Shown: piece by piece, positions 33,683 to 44,528 of the stretch
Numbering within the stretch: the first letter of the stretch is position 1
Layout: every line of letters begins with the position of its first letter
Virus record (IMG/VR): IMGVR_UViG_3300044796_000141
Span: 36,323 to 100,322 of that record
Strand: one strand, 5' to 3'
Source: a virus
Length of the DNA: 64,000 nucleotides
Translations under genes and position numbers: made by a program
The notes under the pieces: model-generated
Database searches by the model: none
What the model saw: only the letters and a program-made list of their open reading frames with translations
Told to the model about the DNA's origin: nothing

Positions 33683-34099
33683 ATGAACGCTGAAGAACTT
33701 GAAGAATTGCTAAAGCCGCCAAGCTTTACTATTGCAGAAATTTGGGATTCTGGCAAAGATTGTGAAGCTTATTGCGCAGGTTGTCAAATTCAAAGATTAG
33801 TTTTAAATAATTCTGATGGATTTAGATGTCGTGGTTGCGAACGAAGATTTCAACCTGAACAAAAAGCGGGTAAAATTATTGAAAATAGAATGCACGAAGC
33901 AATAGAAGATAAATTTTCTATTAAAGATTATGTGACTAAATTTACAACCCTTAGAGGTGTTACTGTTCATTGTGCTCGCTGTCAAGGAGCATGTGGTTTG
34001 GATAGAAACGGAAATAGATTTTACTGTGCGGGTTGTGGATGGATGCAATCAGAGAATAAAATTATTTATTTTGCTGATAAACTAACAAAGAAAGGCTAG
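33683..34099 (+). CDS. zinc-ribbon protein with leader-family N-terminus
   Basis: MNAEELEELLKPPSF...CAGCQIQRL...CRGCERRF. Confidence 0.75.
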   Translation: MNAEELEELLKPPSFTIAEIWDSGKDCEAYCAGCQIQRLVLNNSDGFRCRGCERRFQPEQKAGKIIENRMHEAIEDKFSIKDYVTKFTTLRGVTVHCARCQGACGLDRNGNRFYCAGCGWMQSENKIIYFADKLTKKG

Positions 34100-34103
34100 A
34101 ATT

Positions 34104-34439
34104 ATGCTGAAGGATGAAGAAGTGATTACTAAACCGATGGTTCGTTATGGCTATAATGAATGGGCTCAACGCAAGAATGTTCTGTTTACATTCCGCGCCG
34201 ATGACCTAATCTTCTACGGTATTTCGCAGTGTAAATTGCGCACTGACAAGTTCGATAAAGAGCTTGGTCGCCATATTGCCAAAGAACGCGCTAAGAAGGC
34301 TTATCAAGACTTTATCAATTGGAAGTCTGAGTCGGTCACTCCGTACAGCAACTATGGTCACATTGAGCAAGCCGATATCAAGAAGCTTTTAAACTATTTC
34401 GATAATGTTGCGCCCGAAGATTTTCCACGAAAGAAATAA
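34104..34439 (+). CDS. hypothetical protein
   Basis: 111-aa ORF. Confidence 0.65.
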   Translation: MLKDEEVITKPMVRYGYNEWAQRKNVLFTFRADDLIFYGISQCKLRTDKFDKELGRHIAKERAKKAYQDFINWKSESVTPYSNYGHIEQADIKKLLNYFDNVAPEDFPRKK

Positions 34440-34872
34440 TATGAAGAATAAAAATAAGATTGAATTGCTTAATAAAGCAATTGATTTGGCGCAAGGTCCA
34501 GGCAAGTGTCAGTATGTTATTGATGATAAGCCAGGGTGCGTCATTGGGCAACTCTGCGCTTTGCAGGGTGTCGAAATTGCTCAAATGAGTACTTGGGCTA
34601 GATGGATGTTTGTAAGTCCTCCATCAACAAGAGATATTAATCAAAAATTCATTCCATATGATATGTCAGGCGGCGTAAAAGAAATTTTTAATAAGCAATT
34701 CGAACGCGACTTGCTGCAAGAACTACAAACTATGTGGGATAGAACTAGAACCTTTACTAAAGATGTGCCGCATCTTAAAGCAGAAATGAAGCAAATGGTT
34801 CTTGAAATGTATGAAATGCAGGCATCTGATAGTATTTGACAAGCGCTGGCAGCGGTGCTAGCTTGTGGTAAT

Positions 34873-34947
34873 GCACATATAACTCATCGGTAGAGTGCAG
34901 TCCTTATAAGACTGGAGCAGTTGGTTCGACTCCAACTATGTGCACCA
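34873..34947 (+). tRNA. tRNA-Ile(UAU), CCA encoded
   Basis: Acceptor GCACATA/TATGTGC; anticodon arm CAGTC-CTTATAA-GACTG; T arm GTTGG-TTCGACT-CCAAC. Confidence 0.93.
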
Positions 34948-35464
34948 TTTGCTTTCTATGATTTTCGTAGCGTTTAATAACGAGTTTTCTTTTTTCTGAA
35001 TGTTCTTGATAGTGTAATTCGTGATGACAATTTTGGCAAAGTAAAATACATTTATCTAATTCTTTTTTAATTGTTTCAAAGCCTAAATTATGATGACCGC
35101 CGATAGCAAAATCTTTTTTACTTGGGTCCAAATGATGAAAAACCATTGCGGCCGGACATTTATCATATCCACAATGAGAACATTTACCACCAAGATATTC
35201 AATGCTCTTTTGTTTAACGGCAAATCTTCTAGAATTAACCGAGCAAGAAGCGCAGACCAATCCTTTCCCAGTATAAGCTTTATTACAAATTTCACAGCTT
35301 CGAGAAATTGAAGTAATATTTATGTGTCCAAATGCAACAGTATTGTGTTTACCCCACGGAGAACATTCAAGGCAATATTTTCTATTTGAAAGAACTTTTC
35401 TTTTTCCTTCGATTGTTATTGACGACGGAAAAGATTTTTCACAATTTTTACATATCATATACAA
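34904..35464 (-). CDS. HNH endonuclease, uninterrupted, reading into antisense of the tRNA-Ile 3' half
   Basis: CSHCGYDKCPAAMVFHHLDPSKKDFAIG...LDKCILLCQNCHHELHY. Confidence 0.85.
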   Translation of the reverse strand: MYMICKNCEKSFPSSITIEGKRKVLSNRKYCLECSPWGKHNTVAFGHINITSISRSCEICNKAYTGKGLVCASCSVNSRRFAVKQKSIEYLGGKCSHCGYDKCPAAMVFHHLDPSKKDFAIGGHHNLGFETIKKELDKCILLCQNCHHELHYQEHSEKRKLVIKRYENHRKQMVHIVGVEPTAPVL

Positions 35465-35810
35465 TAATTATACCACAAGTCTAAAAAATATAAAGAAAAT
35501 AACCACTTGACAAGATGAACTTAGAACGATAGAATTTGGACCACAATGATTAAACTACCTACAGCCAAAGAGGCACGACGCATTACTGTCGGCAAGAAGA
35601 AACGCATAAAGGAATTGCTGTTTGTTCTTTTGGCCGAAGCTATCGACGAAGGCAAACATCACACTTGGGTCGGCTTCAAACATAAAGAGAAAGCACTTAA
35701 AGCCTTAAAGAAGTTAAACAAATTAGATTATGCGTGCGAAATAGATTATGTAGGTTATCCAGGAATCGCTAAAAAAATGTGCAAATATAGACTAAGGATT
35801 TCGTGGTAAT

Positions 35811-36080
35811 ATGAACCTTGAACAATTAGAAAAAGCATTTGAAATTCCTAATCCTCGGATTACGACAATAGAGATTGCTGCAAAAAGATTCAATCAAAAT
35901 AATTCGGATAATTTTCATCCATTTAATAGCTGTCCAGAGTGTGACAGATTTGACCATTACAAAAATAAAATAAATTATGATTCGGGTACTAGAAATGTAA
36001 CCATTACATTTCCAATCACCTGCTATGCATGTTCTTATGTTTATCCTTTAAATACTCCTGTCCAAATGGTCAAAGCATGA
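35811..36080 (+). CDS. leader-family small zinc protein
   Basis: MNLEQLEKAFEIPNPR...CPECDRFDHYKNK...CYACSYVYP. Confidence 0.7.
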   Translation: MNLEQLEKAFEIPNPRITTIEIAAKRFNQNNSDNFHPFNSCPECDRFDHYKNKINYDSGTRNVTITFPITCYACSYVYPLNTPVQMVKA

Positions 36081-37202
36081 AAAAAGAACCAAACAAAGAA
36101 CCTAACACTCTCTACGCCCTTCATTTTAAAGATGAGCTTATCGAACCAAATATTTGGAAAAAATATAGTGACAAGTATGGTTCGCAAGGTCTGTACGGAT
36201 GGAAGCCACCAAAGAAAGTTTATTATACTTTAGGGCACGCCAAAGCGGCAATGAAGCACTTACCAAAACAAATTATTAACGAAGTGCAAATTATTAAATA
36301 TAAGCCATTTGAAACGGCAGCAATTAATGATAAAAGCTAAAGTTCACTCCCTTAAGGCTCATGGCTTTACAAAATGCCCTCGGTGCATGAAGTACGGTCC
36401 CCCCTTGAACTTTGACAACCTTTGTGATAGGTGTTGTCTTATCTTGGTAGAGCACTTTCCAAATGACCCGAGCATTCCTTTTATTAAAGAGCACAACAAG
36501 AATTTTTTACAGCAAATTAAACATAGCGAATATATTAAACAAAGTTCAATAATGAGCGAAGAATGAAAATACTATTAACACTATTAGTGCTTATGGCTCC
36601 AAACCTTCCACAAAAAGAATGGAAAAATATATCTGGCGTAACTGTAACCAGAATTTATGACCCCGATACGAATGTAGTTTGTTATGTGTCTGTAACCAGT
36701 AATAGCTATCCAGTTTCAACATCAATCAGTTGTTTCTCAATGAAGTTAAACGTCAGTCTATAAAGAAAAGGAAAAAGAAAATGTCATTGCCTAAAGATAA
36801 GTGGTTAATCGAGCGTTTGAAGTATTTGGACAAGTGCGCGGCGGTCACAAAGAAGAAGATGTGTTATGCATCCTTTGTTACCAAAGACGGCGATAAGGTC
36901 AAGAAGCATGATTTGGGCTTCTTTACTGAAAGGGATTTGGGAGTTGCTTGGTCAAGAGCATTCCAATTAGTTCCATACAATCCCGCAACTGGCTTCTTTC
37001 CAGCAGGCAAAATTGAATTCTCGTCAGTTATTGAGCACAAGTAGGTGATACTACTTATTGCAGTATTTTTATTGATAGCTTTCATACTTGGAAGAAGGTA
37101 TGAAACATATTCAATGAAAAAGAAACTTGTTAATAAAGTTTTAAGCCAACTAAAAGAAGAAGACGAGGCTGGCAGTAAAGTAATCTATCTAACGAGAAAA
37201 AA

Positions 37203-37421
37203 ATGAACCTAGAACAATTAGAAGAGATATTAAATCCATCAAAAATCTTTGTAGGAGCGCACGAAATGTCTTTACGAGACGCAATAAGTACAGGATTGGT
37301 GTTTTCTGCCGAGTGTCGGAATTGTCGCCGAATGAGCGAAAATAATCCTACTCACTGCAAGCGGCGTGGCTGTACAGCGCCTCTAAATATATCGTCCATT
37401 AGAAAGATTGTATTTACATGA
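37203..37421 (+). CDS. leader-family small zinc protein
   Basis: MNLEQLEEILNPSKIF...CRNCRRM...CKRRGC. Confidence 0.7.
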   Translation: MNLEQLEEILNPSKIFVGAHEMSLRDAISTGLVFSAECRNCRRMSENNPTHCKRRGCTAPLNISSIRKIVFT

Positions 37422-37672
37422 ATATAGACGATTTTCAAACTGTATTAGAGTGGCATACTGGTTCTAAAGAAAAGCCACAAGTGATGACTCTTAAAGAAGC
37501 GCATAAGAGATACAGGTCGGACAAAATGAGATTATATCATGTAATATGTCCACACTGTCATCGCGAAAATACACCAAGTGGATATAGTGAAGATAAACAT
37601 ACTTGCGCTCGTTGCATGCAAATAATCGATTCTAACCTTTTAACTTCAAAGATTGAATACTACGACCTATGA
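37418..37672 (+). CDS. leader-family small zinc protein
   Basis: MNIDDFQTVLEW...CPHCHRE...CARCMQI. Confidence 0.7.
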   Translation: MNIDDFQTVLEWHTGSKEKPQVMTLKEAHKRYRSDKMRLYHVICPHCHRENTPSGYSEDKHTCARCMQIIDSNLLTSKIEYYDL

Positions 37673-38126
37673 TTAAAGAACTGAAAGAACAAGGCTTTAA
37701 CGATGGCTTCGCGGCAGCAAAAGAAGCTAAAAAGAGTGGCATGAAAAAGAAAGATATTATGAACAAAGTCGTTGTTGATGATAAAGAAGTTGCCAAACAA
37801 ATCATGAAGGATGTTGGAGTAGGACATCAGAAGGCTTTTTCTTTCGCATGTGTTTACGCAATGAGTTATGATAATGGAGTCAGAGAAGCAATCTTCTCTG
37901 ATGATTAATATGCCAAAACCAAGTCTTAAAGAACCATTCCGTACTTTAGAGTTTGATTTAATTGAATTTTTGCTTGGCGGTTTAAAACAATATAGACCAG
38001 ACCTATCTTATCCGCAATCGCATTCTGACATGCAAGCATGTGTGCGAGCCATAATTAAAGCCTATGATATAGAACGAAGACCACTTGCACGAAAATCAAT
38101 AGAAATTTATTCAGAAGAAGACTAAT

Positions 38127-38390
38127 ATGAATATCAATGATTTAGAAAGTCTTTTCGATTCTAGAAAGTTTAGGAAGCAACCTGAAACTTTAGGTGACGC
38201 GCGTCAATTACGCGAATTATCAATTCTTAGATGGTTTAATGTTATCTGTGCAAAATGCGGCAAAACTACAACACCTATTTCTAGAGGTGGCGCACTACTT
38301 TCTTGTGAATTATGCCGTTGGGACATTCCTGACAGTACTCCATTGCGCGGCTTTGAATTTCATAAAGGAAAACAGTTCGAAGGTGCTTGA
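38127..38390 (+). CDS. leader-family small zinc protein
   Basis: MNINDLESLFDSRKF...CAKCGK...CELCRWD. Confidence 0.7.
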   Translation: MNINDLESLFDSRKFRKQPETLGDARQLRELSILRWFNVICAKCGKTTTPISRGGALLSCELCRWDIPDSTPLRGFEFHKGKQFEGA

Positions 38391-39610
38391 CTATAATTTT
38401 CTATTATGATAGAATAGTCGTCCAAAGGGAGTTAATAATATGTTAAACGCAGCAGATGTAAATAAGAAGAAGGCAGAAATAAAAGCGGCTCAAGAAAAAG
38501 GGCGCCAAGAGGCCGACCAATTGGCTCTTGATAAATATCTTGAACAAGTTGAAAAGGTAGTATTGGCATCGATTGATAATTTTACAACGGTCTATAAGCC
38601 AACGACAGTATCCGCTCGTGCGCAAAAGGCATTAGAAGATGCGGGCTATAAAGTATTTGACAATGGCAATTCATTTTTAATTAGATGGAATGTTGCTGTA
38701 GCGCCAGTAGCTCCACAAGTTTTCCCATGCGATGATGGCTGTATGTGTCGTCAATTGGAAGCTTTAGAAAATATTTTATTGGATGAAGATTTTACTGTGA
38801 TTGAGCCAGAATTAGAACCAGAGCCACCAACACCACCTCGTCGCGCCGCACGTCGCCGCTCTAAATAAGTTTCTTGACTTTATATAAATTTTACTGTATA
38901 CATTGAATAGGAGATAATATGAATAACGATACACAAGTTTCTACAGATACGGTTCTTAGCGATACAACGGTGACAACCACCACGGAAACGCCACAGGAAG
39001 TGTCTAAACGCGCCTATACGCGCTCTACGGACATGGCCCTAGGCAATGACCTCATCTTGCGTTTGATTCCTACAGGGGCCGCTAATGCGGTTTCAAAGAA
39101 ACAAATCTTTAAGGAAATGTCAGATACAACCTTTGAACTCGTCAATAAGAATTGGAATCTTCGCATCCAATCTCTTGAAAAAGATGGCTTAGTTAAGTCT
39201 ACTGGCGCGAAAGCCGGCAAAAAGTATTTTCTTCCAGAATAACCCTCTAACTCTTAGAAAGTTTTTGTGCGAACTAAAAGATGCAAAAAGTGCAACTATT
39301 TCGACGCCGCAATAGAATGCGAATTGTGCGAAAAGTGTCTAATTCTTGATTTGCAAAAAATGCAATCGGAATCAAATGCAAATATTTTCAAATCAAATAA
39401 GAAAAGCTTCTACTTCCAAAAGGATGCTAATTAAATGATTTTTATTGCATCTTGGTTAATACTTGGTATTATACATTTTGTATTTTGCATGTATTATGAT
39501 GGCAATAGAATGACAGCACCGGAACAATTACTTATATTTTTCTTATCTATTTGTTTTGGTGCAATTATATTTCCAATAGCATTATATCTTAAATTAACAG
39601 GATGGAGTTT

Positions 39611-40000
39611 ATGATTAAACAAGTTATAGTAATGCGTAAAGACCTTAAGATGCGTCGTGGTAAAGAGATTGCTCAAGGTGCGCACGCCTCTATGGCATTT
39701 TTTACAAATAAAATTCACAATTACCCTCAGTATGATAATCAAATTTTTAGCCATAAGCTTTCTATAGAAGAGTTTGAGTGGATTAAAGGCAAGTTTACTA
39801 AAATTTGTCTTCAAGTTGATTCAGAAGAAGAACTTCAAACTATCTATGATGCCGCTAAGGCAGGCGGATTTACAGTCCATATGATTACTGATAGTGGACT
39901 TACAGAATTTAATGGCGTTCCTACTAAAACCTGTTTAGCTATTGGTCCGAATATCGCAGAAGATATTGACAAACTTACAGGTCATTTGAAATTATACTAA
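39611..40000 (+). CDS. peptidyl-tRNA hydrolase, PTH2-like
   Basis: IKQVIVMRKDLKMRRGKEIAQGAHASMAFF...TKICLQVDSEEEL...TEFNGVPTKTCLAIGPN. Confidence 0.85.
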   Translation: MIKQVIVMRKDLKMRRGKEIAQGAHASMAFFTNKIHNYPQYDNQIFSHKLSIEEFEWIKGKFTKICLQVDSEEELQTIYDAAKAGGFTVHMITDSGLTEFNGVPTKTCLAIGPNIAEDIDKLTGHLKLY

Positions 40001-40001
40001 T

Positions 40002-40298
40002 ATGAACATTGAACAATTTGAAAATATTCTTTGTCCACCGCCGCCAAAGATAAAAAATCCGTTTACAATTTCAAGGCTTTGGGAAGCAATTGAATTTTAT
40101 CATCAAGGCAAAATTATAGGATATAGTGTAATTTGTCCTCATTGCAAAATTCAAAGTTGGCCAACAACCAGTCGTGGTGCATCTAAGTGCTCAAGTCATC
40201 TTGGTCCTAGACACGGATGTTCCAAATTAATTTCAGAAAATGAAAAGCTTCTATCTATTAAAACTACCACCGAAGAGTATTATTTTAATGAAGAATAA
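40002..40298 (+). CDS. leader-family small zinc protein
   Basis: MNIEQFENILCPPPPKIKNPF...CPHCKIQ. Confidence 0.7.
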   Translation: MNIEQFENILCPPPPKIKNPFTISRLWEAIEFYHQGKIIGYSVICPHCKIQSWPTTSRGASKCSSHLGPRHGCSKLISENEKLLSIKTTTEEYYFNEE

Positions 40299-40312
40299 AT
40301 TCGTTAGAAATA

Positions 40313-40726
40313 GTGAGAACCACAACTCTCATCTTTATGATTATCCTGATGGACAACCCTATAAGAGCGCTAAGCTCGGGAGGTTGGTTCCAGGTCGCTC
40401 AGCAGGAATCAACCAAATCAGACGCAGCTAATTTTAAGCTTGGTTCAATCGTTTTAAAGAAAAGAAGAATCGTTTCAAAAGGTTTCAATAATCATAAGAG
40501 CGACCCAAAGCTTGTAAAGTACGGATACAAATCCAAGCTTCACGCTGAGTTTAGCGCTATGATGAGAGGTACAGGCGATATGCTATTTGTTGCCCGATTT
40601 AAGAAGGATGGACAAATGGCTTGCGCGAAACCTTGCATTCATTGCTTGCATACTGCGAAGATTTTAGGTATAGATACTATTGTCTATAGTGATTGGGACG
40701 GGAATTTCAGAAGTATAGAATTGTAA
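40313..40726 (+). CDS. cytidine/deoxycytidylate deaminase-like protein; start uncertain
   Basis: LHAEFSAMM (HAE) and CAKPCIHC (PCxxC). Confidence 0.7.
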   Translation: MRTTTLIFMIILMDNPIRALSSGGWFQVAQQESTKSDAANFKLGSIVLKKRRIVSKGFNNHKSDPKLVKYGYKSKLHAEFSAMMRGTGDMLFVARFKKDGQMACAKPCIHCLHTAKILGIDTIVYSDWDGNFRSIEL

Positions 40727-40736
40727 GGAGTTTAAA

Positions 40737-41558
40737 ATGGATAACTATAATAAAATTGATGGATGGTATTACATTATTACAGAAAAGCCTGTAGGGTCTA
40801 TTAAACTTAAGGGCCAAGTCTTACACAAAGGCTGGGATATTCCTAGTAATTGGGCAATTGACAGTAATAAACAATGCTGGAAAGATAACGCTCATGGTGC
40901 TACGCTCAATCCTTGTACTACCGATGAATTACTTCTTCTCTTAAAAGAAGACGACAACCAAGACACTATCAATGCCGTCATGGGATTATTGGGTCTTTCT
41001 AAAGAATACCAGTTTCGCGGTTTTAGTAAAATCTCTCGCTTAAACAGAACGACTATCGTTACCGAAAAAATTGACGGTACTAATGCTCTTATTTATATTC
41101 CAGAAGATTGTCCAGATAAAATGCTTGTTGGTTCTAGAACACAATGGATTACTCCTGAAAAAGACAATTATGGTTTTGCGCGTTGGGCTCAAGACAACAA
41201 AGAAGAACTTCTTAAATTAGGTCCAGGCTCTCACTATGGTGAATGGGCCGGCTTAGGCATTCAACGCAGATACGGACTTAAAGAAAAAAGATTTTATCTA
41301 TTTAATGCTACTCGCTGGACTGATGAAGTGCGTCCAAAATGCTGTTATGTTGTACCAGTATTATCTCAACATACAGACATTCGTCACGCAACCGACACAG
41401 GACTACAAATGCTTCGTGATAATGGTTCTTATATTAATCACGACTTTAAAAATCCTGAAGGTGTTGTTGCTTATCATACTGCAAGCGGGCAATTATTTAA
41501 AATTACATTAGATAATGACGGTGAGCGAAAAGGAAAAGTCATTTTACCAAAGGAATAA
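40737..41558 (+). CDS. RNA ligase (T4 Rnl2-like nucleotidyltransferase)
   Basis: TEKIDGTNALIY, GEWAG, EGVVAYH. Confidence 0.8.
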   Translation: MDNYNKIDGWYYIITEKPVGSIKLKGQVLHKGWDIPSNWAIDSNKQCWKDNAHGATLNPCTTDELLLLLKEDDNQDTINAVMGLLGLSKEYQFRGFSKISRLNRTTIVTEKIDGTNALIYIPEDCPDKMLVGSRTQWITPEKDNYGFARWAQDNKEELLKLGPGSHYGEWAGLGIQRRYGLKEKRFYLFNATRWTDEVRPKCCYVVPVLSQHTDIRHATDTGLQMLRDNGSYINHDFKNPEGVVAYHTASGQLFKITLDNDGERKGKVILPKE

Positions 41559-42026
41559 TATTTGATAATTCAAGTGGAATTGCTTTAAAAGCCTTTAAAT
41601 AATCAATGGAATTTTGTAATAAAGAAATGTCATCCTTAAAAAGACCGAGCGCTTTATTGCAAGCGCTACACAATAGTCCGTCTAATTTGACCGAGTTTTA
41701 TGGTCATGGTCTACTGCAAAACTTTGATTATATTTTTGATAATGTTCATTTAAAGTCATTAAGCAAATATAACAGCAATTCCTTTGCATTAAAAGCATTT
41801 CATTATATTGTTCAGAAGTTAGTCCATAAAAAGTTTTTAACTTATATTTTTTCTTTCTGTTTTTTGCTTCTTGTGGATTTTTTGTTTCTCTTGCTTTTTT
41901 ATCTTGTTCATGGCACTGTTTACATTGAGATGAAAGTCCATCATGTTTTGATGAATTTTTATAAAACTGTTTTGTTGATTTTGGCAAATGACATTTATAG
42001 CATTTTTTCATATAATAATTATACAC
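41539..42026 (-). CDS. recombination endonuclease VII family, interrupted by two CGG +1 sites
   Basis: KKCYKCHLPKSTKQFYKNSSKHDGLSSQCKQCHEQ...NCCYICLMTLNEHY...[45 protein letters not shown]; CGG at 41693-41691 and 41680-41678. Confidence 0.88.
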
Positions 42027-42056
42027 TGCGCCTATAAATTAATAAGGTAATTTAAA

Positions 42057-42296
42057 GTGAATATAGAAGAAATTGAAAAAGTTTTAAACCCTGAGCAATC
42101 TGATGGGATTGCGAAAATGACCCTAAATTTAGCGCGAGCTAGTGGTTTGTTTGGTAATGGCTATAGACTATCATGTAATACATGCAATGAAGTCGGAACT
42201 TTTGTTTGGCGCGAAGATTATGTTTATATACGCTGTACGGCATGTGATTCTCGTTATCATAGAGATTTAGATTTAATAAATATTATAAGGAAATAA
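42057..42296 (+). CDS. leader-family small zinc protein
   Basis: MNIEEIEKVLNPEQSD...CNTCNEV...CTACDS. Confidence 0.7.
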   Translation: MNIEEIEKVLNPEQSDGIAKMTLNLARASGLFGNGYRLSCNTCNEVGTFVWREDYVYIRCTACDSRYHRDLDLINIIRK

Positions 42297-42883
42297 AATG
42301 ACAAAGAAATTCAAATTTAAAGGCTGGGATTGGACAGAAATCTTAAAAGCCGCCAATCAAGAACTTGGAATGAAGTTAAAAACAGAACTAGAGCCATTTA
42401 CTACATTTGAAGAAGAAGATAAACTTCTTGATGGAGAAGTTAAAAGACTTTTTGATGATTGTATGGGTTGGGACGGCATAGGTCTTAAATACGGACTTAC
42501 TAAAAAAGGCAAAGTAGTATACAACATCATCCAAAGATATCTTGAAGTATTTTTGCCGAACGAAAAGAAAATTCACTATCACTATCCGCTTTGGGTCGGT
42601 CTTTCTAAAATTAAAGACCCTGAAACGTTTTTAAAATATACATCAGTTTTGATTCGCTTTATGTGGAACTAAGATAAATGAAATACATTGCAAAAGGAAT
42701 GGAAGTTTCTTTGCCACTCACAGTCGAAAGTATCGAAAATCTTCTATCCTCTATTCACTCAAAAGAAGCCGCCAGTTTGATTTTGATTGACCTCTACCGC
42801 GATGTGATGCTATGTGTAGCTAGTGGCGCAGGGCACGCCAAAGACCTTGCCATAGCAGCTCTTAAAATCGAGGATTTACTTAA

Positions 42884-43225
42884 GTGAACATAGAAGAATT
42901 AGAATCAACTTTAAAACCAAAACTTAAATTTTCTTTTTGGTATATGCACGATAATCATACTTTTACTCGTCTCAAAAGTTCAACAATTGACGAAATGTGT
43001 AAAGAGGCTTTTGAAATTGGCAAAGAAAGTCCATATGGAATGCTTTGTCCTGTAACAGTTTTAAATGCCGAAACCGATAAAGAATTACGAAGAGTTGGCA
43101 GTATCGTTCATACTACGGAAAGTTCCGAACTAAACGACACAAAATACGCCAACGCTATCCAGCAATGGAAGCATGAAATTCTACAAGATGCAGACATTAG
43201 GGCGCACTTAATAGAAAATATTTAG
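42884..43225 (+). CDS. leader-family small protein without obvious zinc ribbon
   Basis: MNIEELESTLKPKLKFSF. Confidence 0.65.
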   Translation: MNIEELESTLKPKLKFSFWYMHDNHTFTRLKSSTIDEMCKEAFEIGKESPYGMLCPVTVLNAETDKELRRVGSIVHTTESSELNDTKYANAIQQWKHEILQDADIRAHLIENI

Positions 43226-43233
43226 GAGAATTT

Positions 43234-44082
43234 ATGATTAAGCAAGATAAATTACAAGCTGTAGTATCTACTATTAGAGATTGGATTAAAGAAAAGATTC
43301 AAGAAGCCAATTGTGAAGGCGCTGTAGTAGGTTTAAGTGGTGGCGCAGATAGCGCGCTCGTAGCTATTCTCTGCCAAGAGGTAGTTCCTACGCATGTCGT
43401 TAAGATGCCATGCCATTCAAGTCCAGTAAGTTTAGCTAGAGCCGACGAATTAATCGCCGCGTTTCCGAATCTTATAGACTATACAGTCAATTTAGAAACA
43501 GCTTTTGAAAGCATTAAACTTCAAACCACTAAAAAGATGGACGTAATGCGAAACGGAAAAATGGCCGTCGCAGCTTTACGTTCATGTCTTCGTGCGCCCA
43601 CATTAGATTTTGTTGGCAAGCTTACTAATTCTTTGATTGTTGGTACGGGTAATCGTGATGAAGACGAAGTAACGCGTTATTTTCAAAAACGTGGAGACGG
43701 TTGTGTTGATATCTCTCCAATTGCAAAACTTCACAAAAGCGAAGTGTGGCAATTACTTAAATTTTCAAGTTGTCCCAAATCTATTATTGATGCAGTTCCT
43801 TCTGCTGACCTTTGGGGAGCTGATAGCGGTCAAGAAGATGAAAAAGAACTTGGTTTAACCTATGAAGAAATTGAATGGGCAATAAAATTTGGCGATAAAA
43901 CTTGTCTATTTCAAGACACGACTGCCAATTGGGTTAATGGTGGTGACCTTCTTAATTTGACCGCTCGCCAACTCGAAGTCTTAAAGAAAGTTTCTCACTT
44001 AGAAAAAATCTCTCGCCATAAAGCAGAAATGCCACCAGTTTTTAATGTGCGTGGTTTAATGTCAGGTTGTTTTGAGACATAA
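43234..44082 (+). CDS. nadE: NAD synthetase, ammonia-dependent type
   Basis: GLSGGADSALVAILCQ, VGTGNRDEDEVTRYFQKRGDGCVDISPIAKLHKSEVWQL, PSADLWG. Confidence 0.9.
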   Translation: MIKQDKLQAVVSTIRDWIKEKIQEANCEGAVVGLSGGADSALVAILCQEVVPTHVVKMPCHSSPVSLARADELIAAFPNLIDYTVNLETAFESIKLQTTKKMDVMRNGKMAVAALRSCLRAPTLDFVGKLTNSLIVGTGNRDEDEVTRYFQKRGDGCVDISPIAKLHKSEVWQLLKFSSCPKSIIDAVPSADLWGADSGQEDEKELGLTYEEIEWAIKFGDKTCLFQDTTANWVNGGDLLNLTARQLEVLKKVSHLEKISRHKAEMPPVFNVRGLMSGCFET

Positions 44083-44528
44083 ATGAAAAAGATAATCTTT
44101 AGAATTGAAAAGGATGGCATAGGACCGTATTTCCATCCAAATACAACTAAAGGTTCTGAACTGTATCGAGAGCTGCATAATCATGAGACTTTTATAGAGC
44201 TTGGTCTTCAAAAAGAAGATACAATGAGATTAGAAAAACTAGGATACATTCCGCCAGTTGTTTGGTCGCATCCACGGGTTGGACCTTTTCAAGACCCATA
44301 TTTAAGAGACTGGTGGATAAAAAATTACCACGTATATCTTCAGTATAAATTAGGATTGTTTGGTTGTTCTGATTTGAAGCAATTAAATGAATGGTTTATT
44401 CCTTCCATACTTTCTATTCTTAAAAAAGAAAATTATAAAATAGCAAAATACAAATGTAATAGTGTAATTCACGGACTCAGACAATCAATTGGTCTCTTTC
44501 CTTTTGAAAAAATAGAAGAAAAAGAAAT

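Noticed and set aside
40288-40726. Apparent +1 relation between MKNKFVRNSENHNS... and the deaminase frame
   Set aside because: No zero-frame CGG lies at the possible junction (CTC GGG AGG), and an internal start in the deaminase frame could explain it. Not added to the CGG set.
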